Assembly: GCA_021816845.1 (NCBI GenBank)
Contig: JAKAWT010000001.1
Coordinates: 262,087-326,086, forward strand
Source of the DNA: a bacterium
Lineage (GTDB): Bacteria; Patescibacteriota; Dojkabacteria; JAKAPS01; JAJZLI01
Reading direction: 5' to 3'
DNA: 64,000 bases
In this document: positions 15,567 through 25,812 of the stretch, piece by piece
Layout of the letters: each line of letters begins with the position of its first letter
Position numbering within the stretch: position 1 is the first letter of the stretch
Translations under genes and position numbers: made by a program
The notes under the pieces: model-generated
What the model was told of the DNA's origin: nothing
The model's database searches: none
What the model saw: the letters and a program-made list of their open reading frames with translations, nothing else

Positions 15567-17234
15567 ATGAATCTTAAAAATATATTAGTATCTAAAAATT
15601 ATATATCAGAAAGTCTTTATACAGAACTAGAAGAGAAGGCAAAACAATTGAATACTTCTGTAGAAGATTTGTTGATAGCGCAGAATACTATAACTGAAGA
15701 TAAATTAGGAGAGATAGTTGAGAGTGAACTTAATATCCCTTATATCTCTCTAGCTCATAAAACTATAGATCCAGCTGTAGTAAAAATAATACCTGAAAAA
15801 ACAGCAATAGAAAAAAAGATAGTTGCATTTGATAAGACAACATCAACTTTAAAAATAGGAATGACTAACCCTAGAGATATTAATACTATTGAGTTTATAA
15901 AAAAAGGTACTGGATATAACATAGATCCATATTTTATAACAGAAAAATCTTTCTATGAAGGACTAAAATTTTATAAAACATCCATAAGAGAAGAATTGAA
16001 AGATATAATCGAAAAGAATGCAAAAGAATCTAAAAATGTTAAGTCAGGTGAGACAGAAGCATTGCCTATTATAAATATTACAGACACAATACTTGAATAT
16101 GCAAAAACTATGGGAGCATCAGATATTCACATAGAACCGATGGAAACTGAAGCAATAGTAAGATATAGAATAGATGGGATATTGCATGATCAAGCCACTT
16201 ATCCACTACCAGTACACCAAGCAGTGCTCGCAAGAATAAAAATTCTAGCAAACTTAAAAATCGATGAACACAGACTTCCACAAGATGGAAGATTTAAATC
16301 AACAATTAGTGATAGAGATATATCTTTTAGAGTCTCCATAATGCCAGTTTACTCTGGTGAAGTCTTAGTCATGAGATTACTTGAGGATAACGCAAAGGAA
16401 TATAGTCTGGAGAGTTTAGGTATGGCAGGGAGAGATTTATCTGTTATACAAGATGCAATAAAAAGAACTGTAGGTATGATCCTTGTAACAGGACCAACTG
16501 GATCTGGAAAAAGTACAACTCTATATACTGTGCTATCGGAATTGAATACACCAGAAGTAAATTTAGACACTATTGAAGATCCTATTGAATATTCTATGCC
16601 AAGAGTCAATCAAACCCAAGTAAATGCAAACATAGGACTTACTTTTGCGTCGGGGTTACGTTCATTTTTAAGACAAGACCCTGATGTTATCATGGTAGGG
16701 GAAATCAGAGATACTGAAACAGCAGATATTGCTATAAATGCTGCTATGACAGGACATTTGGTATTATCAACTCTTCATACCAATGACTCATCTGGAGCTA
16801 TTCCAAGGCTTATAGATATGCATATTGAATCATTTTTAGTATCATCTACTTTGAATGTTATAATAGCTCAAAGGCTTGTTAGAAAACTCTGTAACAATTG
16901 TAAGCTAGAGTATTCTCTAGATAAAAAATTAATAGAAATATTAGAAGAACAATATACAAAAAAAGGAGTCGACAAGAAAATAACAAAAGATAAATTCTTT
17001 AAACCACAGGGTTGTGAGTATTGTACTAATGGTTATAAGGGAAGAATAGGTATATATGAAGTTTTAGAGATTACAGATGATATAAAAACTTTAATAGCAA
17101 GAAGGGAAAATGCCAACGTAATACAGAAAGCTGCACAAGAGAGTGGTATGAGTTTGATGATAGAGGATGGCATGAGGAAAGCTGAAGAAGGAATAACTTC
17201 GCTTGAGGAAGTATTAAGGGTTGTTAAAGAATAA
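15567..17234 (+). CDS. pilB: Type IV pilus assembly ATPase PilB (GspE family)
   Basis: T2SSE N-terminal domain, Walker A GPTGSGKSTTLY, a tetracysteine-like CNNC…CEYC motif, and conserved Asp/His boxes. Confidence 0.9.
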   Translation: MNLKNILVSKNYISESLYTELEEKAKQLNTSVEDLLIAQNTITEDKLGEIVESELNIPYISLAHKTIDPAVVKIIPEKTAIEKKIVAFDKTTSTLKIGMTNPRDINTIEFIKKGTGYNIDPYFITEKSFYEGLKFYKTSIREELKDIIEKNAKESKNVKSGETEALPIINITDTILEYAKTMGASDIHIEPMETEAIVRYRIDGILHDQATYPLPVHQAVLARIKILANLKIDEHRLPQDGRFKSTISDRDISFRVSIMPVYSGEVLVMRLLEDNAKEYSLESLGMAGRDLSVIQDAIKRTVGMILVTGPTGSGKSTTLYTVLSELNTPEVNLDTIEDPIEYSMPRVNQTQVNANIGLTFASGLRSFLRQDPDVIMVGEIRDTETADIAINAAMTGHLVLSTLHTNDSSGAIPRLIDMHIESFLVSSTLNVIIAQRLVRKLCNNCKLEYSLDKKLIEILEEQYTKKGVDKKITKDKFFKPQGCEYCTNGYKGRIGIYEVLEITDDIKTLIARRENANVIQKAAQESGMSLMIEDGMRKAEEGITSLEEVLRVVKE

Positions 17235-17262
17235 AATCCAATAATTTAAATATTCAAACATT

Positions 17263-18123
17263 ATGAGAAATTATATTGATAATGATTATTGTGTAGTTTT
17301 AAAAAAAGAAGATAGTGTATTTATAAAGACAGATATTTTACTCTTAATAGCACCTCATCCAGACGATGAAAGTCTTTCATCTGCAGGTATGATACAAAGA
17401 GCAATAGCAGCTGAGACTAAGGTTATCGTAATATTCATAACTAATGGTGATGGATTCAAAATAGCAACAAAAAGAAGTCATTTAAGACAAAAATTAACAC
17501 CAAATATATATAAAAAGTTTGCACTTCTAAGACAGAATGAAGCCATAGTTGCACTGTTGGAACTTGGTGTTAAACAAGATAATATAATATTTCTTGGGTT
17601 TCCAGATGGTGGATTGAAATCTCTATACACAACAAATTTTAAAAATCCTTTTAGGTCAAGAACGACAAAAGAAACTAAAGTTCCGTATGAAAATTCTTAT
17701 AGATATGAAGATCAATATACTGGAGAGAATCTACTGGATACCTTATCTACTATAATAGGTACTTATAAACCTACATATATAATATATCCAGATCCTAAAG
17801 ATACCCATGATGACCACAATGCTACTTCTCTGTTTATAAAAAAAGCTATAGAAAAAGAAAAATTAAATATAAATATAAAAGAACTAACTTATCTTATACA
17901 TTTTAAAGATTGGCCACAGTATACTATACAAAATCATAAAAAGTATGCCCGAATACCAAAATTATTAAGGGGAAAAGAAAAATTTCTTAATCTCGAACTT
18001 ACAGATGAAGAAGTTTCTAGGAAGAAAAAATCTTTATTATCACATAAGACTCAAGTAAAGCTTGTAAAACCTTTCTTCTTAGCCTTCACAAAAAGGAATG
18101 AGATTTTTATACTGAAGAAATAA
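17263..18123 (+). CDS. PIG-L/LmbE-family N-acetylglucosaminyl deacetylase
   Basis: LLIAPHPDDESL motif near the N-terminus and a downstream HxDH motif (THDDHN). Confidence 0.7.
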   Translation: MRNYIDNDYCVVLKKEDSVFIKTDILLLIAPHPDDESLSSAGMIQRAIAAETKVIVIFITNGDGFKIATKRSHLRQKLTPNIYKKFALLRQNEAIVALLELGVKQDNIIFLGFPDGGLKSLYTTNFKNPFRSRTTKETKVPYENSYRYEDQYTGENLLDTLSTIIGTYKPTYIIYPDPKDTHDDHNATSLFIKKAIEKEKLNINIKELTYLIHFKDWPQYTIQNHKKYARIPKLLRGKEKFLNLELTDEEVSRKKKSLLSHKTQVKLVKPFFLAFTKRNEIFILKK

Positions 18124-18133
18124 AACTGCTAGA

Positions 18134-19621
18134 TTATAGTGCAAGGAGAAATAATATGTATGGAATATACAATACTCCATCTTTAAGCATTGGATTAAAA
18201 TCTTTTGTTAATATTATTTTTTTCAAAAATCCAAATTTTTTTGACAGATTTAAAAAGTTTTTTGTGTATTTAACATTAATACCTACTGCATAGTCTGAAT
18301 ATGATAATATAAAGTCTATTTCTTTTTCTCTATCTCTAAAATATTCTATTGATGTAGCAACTGATTTTTGTAGGAGGGAAATTAGAACTATATTTTCAAG
18401 ATATTTATTAAAAAGATCAATATTTGATAATATTTCTTCTAATTTTATTTTTAATATACTATTTCGTATTCCCATATCAATCAAGAATACCTTTATATTA
18501 GACACCTTGTTGATATTAGATCCATACTTTGAAAGAGTTAATATTAGATTAGATTCTCTAAGGAGAGATATATATCTTTCTAATGTTTCTCTATGAAGGC
18601 CAGTTTCTCGTACAAGCTCATTTAAAGAATATTCTTCGGAAGGGTGGGATGCAAAAAGAAAAAATAAATTAGCTAAAGAAGAAGTATTTTTTATATCTTC
18701 TAGAATATAGATATCTTCGAGTAATACTTTCTCAATTTGAGTTTGGTATAAATATTCATATTGGAGTGTAGTATCCTGGATCTCCCATCCTTCTATGAAT
18801 CCTCCTACTATTAAGTATTGCTCAAAGAGGAGATACAGTTCATCAGAGAATAAACTCAAACCTAAAGAGAATTTTTCGAATGTATCGAAAATTTTAGATA
18901 CAGGCAGATTAAATAATGTTTCTCCAAATTTTCCTATTAAACTAAGGTTTTTAGAAATTTCTTCTTTGGCCTGAATATCCAATTTATCATCAAAGGATAT
19001 TTTAAAGGATACAAATTCTGAGAAAGAAAAAGGATATATTTTGAAATTCTTTATTCTTCCGGCTAAAGATTCTTTACTTTTTGACACTATAGATGAAGAG
19101 ACTGATCCTGATACTATAAATTTTATATTATAATTTTTGAATCTAGATCCATTATCGTAATATTTTTTTAGGAATAGCTCCCAATCAGAAAATTTATGAA
19201 TTTCATCTATTAGAAAATAAACTTTTTCTGTGTTGAAATCTTTTAGATTCTCACCTTCCACATTTCTTAAAAGATAATACTTTTCATAAACTGAAAGTAT
19301 TTTATCAAAAAATACAGGGTTTCCTCTTTTTGAAAATATATAAGGATCATCCATTGAAAGGTAAACTATATTCTGAGGAAGTACATTCTCAATAATAATA
19401 AGATCCGATATAATCTGCTTTATAATAGTAGTCTTACCCACTCTTCTTGGTCCGGTTATTGATACAATTTGTCTTAGTTCTGTAACACTTACAAATATAT
19501 CATTATATACGAACCTCCTAAATAGTGGAGTATTTAGCGATGAATTTTTATTCTTCCACCAAGGATTATAAAATTCGAGAGTTTTCCTTATTATTTGATC
19601 TTCTAAATCTACACTAGACAT
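18134..19621 (-). CDS. AAA+ ATPase with a DUF4143-like C-terminal domain
   Basis: Walker A ITGPRRVGKTTII, Walker B FLIDEIH, and length and architecture typical of the ATPase-DUF4143 family. Confidence 0.65.
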   Translation of the reverse strand: MSSVDLEDQIIRKTLEFYNPWWKNKNSSLNTPLFRRFVYNDIFVSVTELRQIVSITGPRRVGKTTIIKQIISDLIIIENVLPQNIVYLSMDDPYIFSKRGNPVFFDKILSVYEKYYLLRNVEGENLKDFNTEKVYFLIDEIHKFSDWELFLKKYYDNGSRFKNYNIKFIVSGSVSSSIVSKSKESLAGRIKNFKIYPFSFSEFVSFKISFDDKLDIQAKEEISKNLSLIGKFGETLFNLPVSKIFDTFEKFSLGLSLFSDELYLLFEQYLIVGGFIEGWEIQDTTLQYEYLYQTQIEKVLLEDIYILEDIKNTSSLANLFFLFASHPSEEYSLNELVRETGLHRETLERYISLLRESNLILTLSKYGSNINKVSNIKVFLIDMGIRNSILKIKLEEILSNIDLFNKYLENIVLISLLQKSVATSIEYFRDREKEIDFILSYSDYAVGINVKYTKNFLNLSKKFGFLKKIILTKDFNPMLKDGVLYIPYILFLLAL

Positions 19622-19726
19622 ATAATATATTTAACAGAGAAACATAAAATATTGCAAGGTTTTAAATAAATACATTTAATTATACAACAAGATATAAAAA
19701 TGTATACATATTTTTATGCCTAACCA

Positions 19727-21013
19727 CTAAATTTTGGATATGTCTCTTGGTGAAAACTCATTAAGTATCCAATTGAGAAGGATTTTAGTTTTAGATCCTT
19801 TCCCAAACATTTGAGATAAATAAAAATATCTCCATAAAAACCATGCCATCTTACCCATAAATATATTCTTACCAATACTAATAGCGGCGTTATTATGTCC
19901 TAATGATAATATTAACCCTTTTTGTCTTAATACAAATGGCACTGCAGGTTTTTTTATAATTGAATTATATATATTCCTTGCACATGTTTCTGATTCATCC
20001 ACCGCAGTTTGCGCAAGTTGAGGGAGAGAATTATCGTCTGTATCTGCAACATCTCCTATTGCAAAAACATTCTCTATCCCTTTTATATTCAAGTTATGAC
20101 CAATTAATATCCTTCCTGACTTAGTTAATTCAAAATCCCCACCAGGAATATTGGGACTTACTCCAGCAGCCCATATAGCAATATCAAAATCTACACTTCT
20201 CTCTTTAGATGAAGATTCCTCATCTAACTTTTCTAAAATTATTCTATCCTTCATCACTTCTTTTGCTCTTGCATTCAAAATCAAAGATATTGGTGACTTT
20301 CCAAATCTAAAAAGATTGAACACTTCCTTTTTTAGTCTCAAAGAAAAATTTGGAAGAAAATTGTCTGATGCATTTAAAATCTTTATATCTATATCGCTTT
20401 TTTTATCTTTAAATATGGAATAATTAGGGATAAGGGTATCAGTAAATTCAGATATTTCAGTAGCAATCTCAATACCAGTAGGTCCTCCTCCCACAATAGC
20501 AATCTTAATCTGTTTTTTATTTTTACTTTCTTCTCTTTCTTCAAATAATCCAATTATTTTATTCTTTATTAAAATTGCATCCTCTAGGGTTTTCAAAGGC
20601 AATGTAAACTCTTTTGCACCAGGAGTATTCCTAAAATTAACTGATGCACCAGTAGCTATAACAAGATAATCATATTCAATTTCACTGTTTAAAAGATAAA
20701 CTTTGTTTTTTTTAAAATCAACACATTTTACAGTATCAAGAATAAAATCAGTAACACAACAATCTATATTTCCTCTTACTGGAGATATGACATCTTCAGG
20801 AACTAGTGTCCCTGTAGCAACTTCATGTATTAATGGAGTAAATAAAAAATAGTTTTTATCGGAAACTATAGTAAATTCAACTAATCTATCCTTATGGGTT
20901 AATTTATGTAGATTTAGATAAGTATTAACCCCTCCAAACCCAGAACCTAGAATTACAACTTTTTTTTTACTTTTTACCCCAATTTCAGTTCCTTCTGCTG
21001 TTTTTGTCATCAT
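19727..21013 (-). CDS. Type II NADH dehydrogenase / FAD-dependent pyridine nucleotide-disulfide oxidoreductase
   Basis: Two Rossmann motifs: VVILGSGFGG and IAIVGGGPTGIE. Confidence 0.75.
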   Translation of the reverse strand: MMTKTAEGTEIGVKSKKKVVILGSGFGGVNTYLNLHKLTHKDRLVEFTIVSDKNYFLFTPLIHEVATGTLVPEDVISPVRGNIDCCVTDFILDTVKCVDFKKNKVYLLNSEIEYDYLVIATGASVNFRNTPGAKEFTLPLKTLEDAILIKNKIIGLFEEREESKNKKQIKIAIVGGGPTGIEIATEISEFTDTLIPNYSIFKDKKSDIDIKILNASDNFLPNFSLRLKKEVFNLFRFGKSPISLILNARAKEVMKDRIILEKLDEESSSKERSVDFDIAIWAAGVSPNIPGGDFELTKSGRILIGHNLNIKGIENVFAIGDVADTDDNSLPQLAQTAVDESETCARNIYNSIIKKPAVPFVLRQKGLILSLGHNNAAISIGKNIFMGKMAWFLWRYFYLSQMFGKGSKTKILLNWILNEFSPRDISKI

Positions 21014-21575
21014 ACATGTTTTTATCTGCTATATTAATCATGTCTTCCAAATTATGAGCATCTTTCGTTGAAATTGCAATACCAAATGAAGCTTCACATC
21101 CACCTAATTCTACAAAATCCCTTATCCTTTGACGCATTTTTGTAATTTCGCTGTCTTCTTTTGGCACCCCATATAAAATTATAATAAACTCATCACCTCC
21201 AGATCTTATCACTCTATCATAAGGACGAGATGCACCTTTTAGTAACTCAGTAAATTTTTTAATATATAAATCACCTTCCTCATGCCCCATACTGTCGTTA
21301 ATATCCTTCAAATGATCCAAATCTGCTACAACTACAGCAAACAACTCTCCTCTATCAAATCTTGAATTCAGTTCTCTTTTAAGTTCAGTACTTTGTAAAA
21401 ACTTTTTATTGTATGCCCCTGTAAGCCCATCTGTAAATGATTCATCATGTAGCATTTGATTTTCTTCTTTGAGTAAAGAAATCTCTTTTTTTAAATCTTC
21501 AATTATACGCCTAAGTTCTAATGGGTCACCTTCCTCTTGAATCTTGGGCTCCTGGACTATAACTTTATCTTCCAT
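20985..21575 (-). CDS. Stand-alone GGDEF diguanylate cyclase with an N-terminal coiled coil
   Basis: GGDEF signature RSGGDEF, upstream DGLTGAYNKKFL, and an N-terminal leucine-zipper-like segment. It overlaps the start of the downstream NDH-2 ORF by about 29 nt. Confidence 0.8.
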   Translation of the reverse strand: MEDKVIVQEPKIQEEGDPLELRRIIEDLKKEISLLKEENQMLHDESFTDGLTGAYNKKFLQSTELKRELNSRFDRGELFAVVVADLDHLKDINDSMGHEEGDLYIKKFTELLKGASRPYDRVIRSGGDEFIIILYGVPKEDSEITKMRQRIRDFVELGGCEASFGIAISTKDAHNLEDMINIADKNMYDDKNSRRN

Positions 21576-21656
21576 AACATAATTATATCAAAACAATAAA
21601 TATATACCTACTTTCTCACTATTGCCTTTATATCAAATTCTTTATATATTTAATAT

Positions 21657-22892
21657 ATGTCTGAATTTAAATATGAAGCAACAAAGGAAGATGGGACAAT
21701 TGAAAATGCAATAATCACTGCATCCTCAAAAGAAGAGGCTATAAATATACTTAAAGATAGTGGTAAAACTGTCCTAGATATTTCTAGCCCAAAAGATAAA
21801 AATGGGCAAATAAGTAAAAAAAAGATTAGTATACTTGAAAAATTAGTATTTTTTGACCATCTAGAGAAAATGATAAATGCTGGATTGTCATTATCAGATA
21901 CCCTCACTGTTCTTATCGATGATGCACAATCTCCAAATTTCAAGAAAATAATTGGAGATTTAAAATATGAGATAGAAACTGGGAATTCTTTATCTAAAGG
22001 GATGTTGAAATATGAAAATATTTTCTCTCCTCTGGCAGTTAAAATGATAGAAATAGGAGAAACGAGTGGGACACTTCCTGAGAATGCAGCTTTAATTAGA
22101 GATCAAGTACAGAAAGCTTATGAACTTCATAAAAAGGTTAAAGGAGCCATGCTATACCCTACCGTAATATTTTCAGTAATGATTGTTGTAAGTATTGGAC
22201 TTATTATATTTATATTTCCACAACTTGGAGCAATGTTTAAGCAGTCAAAAGAAACTTTACCTCCACCAACACAAATCATGCTCGGGATATCTTATGTACT
22301 AACGCATTATGGAGCTGAAGTAGCAGTTGTTGTTATAGCATTAATAATTACATTTAGAAGATTACTCAAACTTAAAAAATTTAAGTTGTATTGGAATAAA
22401 ATTTCTTTACGTATCCCAATATTTGGTTTGATAATAAAGAAAATTAATATTACTAGTTTTTCAAGAACTTTAGGAAATCTGATTAAAAGTGGAATTCAGA
22501 TAAATCAAGCTATAAAAATAACGGGCGATACAATTGAAAATGAAGCCTATAAATCAGCCATTAGTGAATTATCAAAAGAAGTGGAAAAAGGAGGTGGTAT
22601 AGCAGATACCTTAGATAAATATCCTTTCTTGTTTCCAAAAATTTCAGTAAGAATGATTGCTGTGGGTGATAAAACTGGAAATACATCAGAAATGCTACTT
22701 TCTGTGGCACAATTCTACCAAGAACAAATAGATGATACTCTCGCAAATTTATCTACAATAATAGAACCTATAATGCTTCTTGTTATGGGAGGAGGAGTAT
22801 TACTCATAGCATTGTCTGTAATCATGCCTATCTACCAGATGACAGGGTCTATTAACTCTACAACTGGAACTACTCAATCCAGTGGATCTTAA
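21657..22892 (+). CDS. pilC: Type IV pilus inner-membrane platform protein PilC (GspF family)
   Basis: Duplicated GspF domains and three TM segments, 411 aa. Confidence 0.85.
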   Translation: MSEFKYEATKEDGTIENAIITASSKEEAINILKDSGKTVLDISSPKDKNGQISKKKISILEKLVFFDHLEKMINAGLSLSDTLTVLIDDAQSPNFKKIIGDLKYEIETGNSLSKGMLKYENIFSPLAVKMIEIGETSGTLPENAALIRDQVQKAYELHKKVKGAMLYPTVIFSVMIVVSIGLIIFIFPQLGAMFKQSKETLPPPTQIMLGISYVLTHYGAEVAVVVIALIITFRRLLKLKKFKLYWNKISLRIPIFGLIIKKINITSFSRTLGNLIKSGIQINQAIKITGDTIENEAYKSAISELSKEVEKGGGIADTLDKYPFLFPKISVRMIAVGDKTGNTSEMLLSVAQFYQEQIDDTLANLSTIIEPIMLLVMGGGVLLIALSVIMPIYQMTGSINSTTGTTQSSGS

Positions 22893-22936
22893 TTCTAAGA
22901 ATCTAGACCCACTGGTTAAATTTAAATTATGAACCA

Positions 22937-23419
22937 ATGAAAGCTGCCTCAAACAAACAAATATCTAATGAATCTAGGTCTAGAGGATTCACATTGATTG
23001 AATTACTTGTAACTATTACAATAACTGCAATTCTTGCGACAGCTTCAAGTATTGCATATTTTGTACTACTTGCAGATACGAATACTAATAATGCTGCACA
23101 AACAATATCTTCAATAGTAAAACAATCCCAAGATGATGCAATGAATAATACCGGTGGAAATAATACATACGGAGTTTATTTTACCCAAACTACAGTAACA
23201 CTATTCCCTGGGTCAGTATATTCAAGCTCTAACACCTCAAATCAAGTTTATTATCTTCCTTTTAGCCTAAATATAACTAATATATCACCCTCAAGTAATA
23301 ATCCAATTGTTTTTAGTGCACAAAATGGTATGTTACAAAATTCTGGCATAAGTTTCGACTTAGGAAATTCATTTTCTTCCACAATAATTAATATAAATCA
23401 AAATGGAGCAATATACTAA
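22937..23419 (+). CDS. Prepilin-type (minor) pilin-like protein
   Basis: Class III signal …SRSRG|FTLIELLVTITITAILA, with Glu at +5. Confidence 0.65.
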   Translation: MKAASNKQISNESRSRGFTLIELLVTITITAILATASSIAYFVLLADTNTNNAAQTISSIVKQSQDDAMNNTGGNNTYGVYFTQTTVTLFPGSVYSSSNTSNQVYYLPFSLNITNISPSSNNPIVFSAQNGMLQNSGISFDLGNSFSSTIININQNGAIY

Positions 23420-23897
23420 TAATTCTGGACAACTTCTTATCGAACTTCTAATTGCTATTACAATAATAGGTATACTTCTAACCTCTTCACTATTCCTTAT
23501 AACCCCGATAGAAAAACCAATATTGCTCTCTAGCCAAAGATTAGAGGCCAAATATCTTTTATCTTTAGAAATAGAAAATCTTTACGCATTGCAAAATCAA
23601 TCCTGGGCAGATTTTCTACCAGGCCAATATTACCTTGCATATACAGCTACTAACAATCCACCATTACAAATACAAGGTTGGGCTTTATACCCAGGACAAA
23701 CTACATATAGTATTTATACTGAATATGTGACTATATCTTATGCATATAGAGTAAATGCCAATACTTTATCATCCTCAGATACATATCCTGAAGACCCTAA
23801 TACAAGAGAAGCAACTGCAACAATATCTTTTACATCATTCGGCCAAACTTATACTTATCAGGAAAGTGAATATTTTACAAATTGGCAACAATTTTAA
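23403..23897 (+). CDS. Prepilin-type minor pilin-like protein
   Basis: N-terminal …SG|QLLIELLIAITIIGILL with Glu at +5. It overlaps the upstream gene by 17 nt. Confidence 0.5.
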   Translation: MEQYTNNSGQLLIELLIAITIIGILLTSSLFLITPIEKPILLSSQRLEAKYLLSLEIENLYALQNQSWADFLPGQYYLAYTATNNPPLQIQGWALYPGQTTYSIYTEYVTISYAYRVNANTLSSSDTYPEDPNTREATATISFTSFGQTYTYQESEYFTNWQQF

Positions 23898-23898
23898 T

Positions 23899-24420
23899 AT
23901 GAAAATCATATATTTAAAGAAACAATTAAGTAATAATAATGGGGATACTCTGATAGAGTTATTACTATATATAACACTACTATCAATAATGCTAGTTGTA
24001 GTCACAATAATATTGTTTAATCTATCAATTTTTCAAAACACAATAACTACAACTGCAAATGCTAATGATACCGTAAGAATAGCAATGAAAGAAATAACTC
24101 AAAATATTGAATATGGATATCAAGTTATGTTACCAAATTCTGGAAATGTCACGTCTTCCGAGCTAACAGTACAAACAGACTCTAGCGGAGATACAATAAG
24201 TTTTTATTCTCAAAACGGGGTTATATATTCACAGATAAACAATGAGACACCATTAGCCTTATCATCTTCCAATGTATATACTTTTAATTTACAATTTATT
24301 GAAGAGGCAAATACCGGTATATCTCCAACTGTTTTTGTAACTCTAACTGAAACTAATGTTGGAACTACTGGAATTAAAACATCTATAACATATGAAACTG
24401 CATCAACTCAAAGAAGATAA
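23899..24420 (+). CDS. Prepilin-type minor pilin-like protein (start reassigned to the internal ATG)
   Basis: MKIIYLKKQLSNNNG|DTLIELLLYITLLSIMLVVV. The ORF-track start at 23755 lies inside the previous gene in another frame, and the ATG at 23899 follows the upstream stop at 23895-23897. Confidence 0.5.
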   Translation: MKIIYLKKQLSNNNGDTLIELLLYITLLSIMLVVVTIILFNLSIFQNTITTTANANDTVRIAMKEITQNIEYGYQVMLPNSGNVTSSELTVQTDSSGDTISFYSQNGVIYSQINNETPLALSSSNVYTFNLQFIEEANTGISPTVFVTLTETNVGTTGIKTSITYETASTQRR

Positions 24421-25807
24421 AAAAGGGCAAGCAGCCTTAATATCAGTGATAATACTATCTGCAATACTTCTTGCAACTATTACTACTATAAGCTCTATAG
24501 CCGTAAATGAATATGTTTTATCATCTAACGATATATTGTCCGGACAGGTCAAATATTTCGCTGAATCTGGAATTGAAAATGCACTGCTTCAAATAGGAGA
24601 AAGTTCTACATCTTATACAGGAGGATCTTTCGTATCACCAATAAATACAACACTGAATGGTACGGACAATGTAACCGTATCCTACAATACTGGAGTTACA
24701 CCTAATCAGGCAACAATAACATCTGATGCAACAATAACCTCACCATCAGGTAGTATTCTGACTACAAAAACTATACAAGTAGTTGTATCTCTTGGGCAAA
24801 ATCCAGCTATATATAATTATGGAATGTTTGCAAATAATTCCATTTATGGGAACTATTTTCAAGATCAAGGGAATATACAGACCAATAATTTATTATATTT
24901 AACAAATGGCTCTATTACAGCTCAAGCAATAAATGCTATTGGTAATGGAAGCGGTTTTGCTAATTATCTAAACAATATGACAATTTCAAATACAGGTGGT
25001 GTTATAAACCTTAATAGTAACTACATTTCTTGCTTTATTTATAATAGTAGTATATCTGGAGAACTTGGATATGGAGAGAGTGTCTTTGGTATTCCATTGT
25101 GCCTTATTTCTGACTCTACTATCGGATCTGAAGCTCAAATATCTCCCGCTCCACAAATCAGTTTACCTACATTTGATACTTCTGCGTGGATATCTTATGC
25201 TCAAACAAATGGAACTTATTTTTCAAATTCTACAGCCTTCTATGCATATCTTGAAAATTATTCATCTGTATCTGGAGGTATTGATACAATATCTCCTCCA
25301 GCAGGAGTATATTACATAGATGCTAACGCAAACCAAGAGACTCTCCCCTCCACTGATAGTTCTGGGAATTTAATAACATACAATTTTTCTGGTTCAACAA
25401 TAATAATGAAAGTTGCATTAAATACAAATGCTGGATGGATACAAACCTCTCCATTTAAAGATCCTGCAACTGGTAAATATCTACCTGCTATTATAACAGG
25501 GAAACAAGGAATCAATTTATCAAATGCAAATACACAAATACCCTCTGGAATAAGTATTACAGGAATAGTTTATTCTCCAGGAACTATCCAGATTGCAGGG
25601 TATCAACCATCAACAAGCATAAATGCATCTGTAAATGGTGCCATATGGGCAGGGAATCAAATACAAATAGGTAATAACAGTAGCAACGTGGAAAACCCAG
25701 GAACAAACTGCAGCATAACAATTAATTCAAGTATAATAACAAATACAGAAGGGTTTAATCTAGAAAATACAAAAATGTCTATTATATCCTGGCAATCCCT
25801 GAATTAA
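24392..25807 (+). CDS. Large pilin-like / PilX-like tip-associated protein
   Basis: N-terminal …KKG|QAALISVIILSAILLATI prepilin-like hydrophobic segment, followed by a 430-aa Ser/Thr/Asn-rich beta-type domain. Confidence 0.45.
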   Translation: MKLHQLKEDKKGQAALISVIILSAILLATITTISSIAVNEYVLSSNDILSGQVKYFAESGIENALLQIGESSTSYTGGSFVSPINTTLNGTDNVTVSYNTGVTPNQATITSDATITSPSGSILTTKTIQVVVSLGQNPAIYNYGMFANNSIYGNYFQDQGNIQTNNLLYLTNGSITAQAINAIGNGSGFANYLNNMTISNTGGVINLNSNYISCFIYNSSISGELGYGESVFGIPLCLISDSTIGSEAQISPAPQISLPTFDTSAWISYAQTNGTYFSNSTAFYAYLENYSSVSGGIDTISPPAGVYYIDANANQETLPSTDSSGNLITYNFSGSTIIMKVALNTNAGWIQTSPFKDPATGKYLPAIITGKQGINLSNANTQIPSGISITGIVYSPGTIQIAGYQPSTSINASVNGAIWAGNQIQIGNNSSNVENPGTNCSITINSSIITNTEGFNLENTKMSIISWQSLN

Positions 25808-25812
25808 AACGT

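Noticed and set aside
15567-17234. PilB N-terminal domain as an MshEN-type c-di-GMP receptor linking it to the nearby GGDEF gene
   Set aside because: The N-terminus has the general T2SSE_N character, but I could not recognise the tandem RLGxxL(V/I)xxG(V/I)(L/V)xxxxLxxxLxxQ motifs by eye. It is left as an untested idea within the pilus-cluster finding.
23755-23898. N-terminal 48 codons of the ORF-track gene 23755..24420 (MPILYHPQIHILKT…)
   Set aside because: This stretch overlaps the preceding pilin gene in another frame and lacks a signal sequence. The prepilin-type N-terminus begins at the internal ATG 23899, directly after the upstream stop, so the gene was re-called as 23899..24420.
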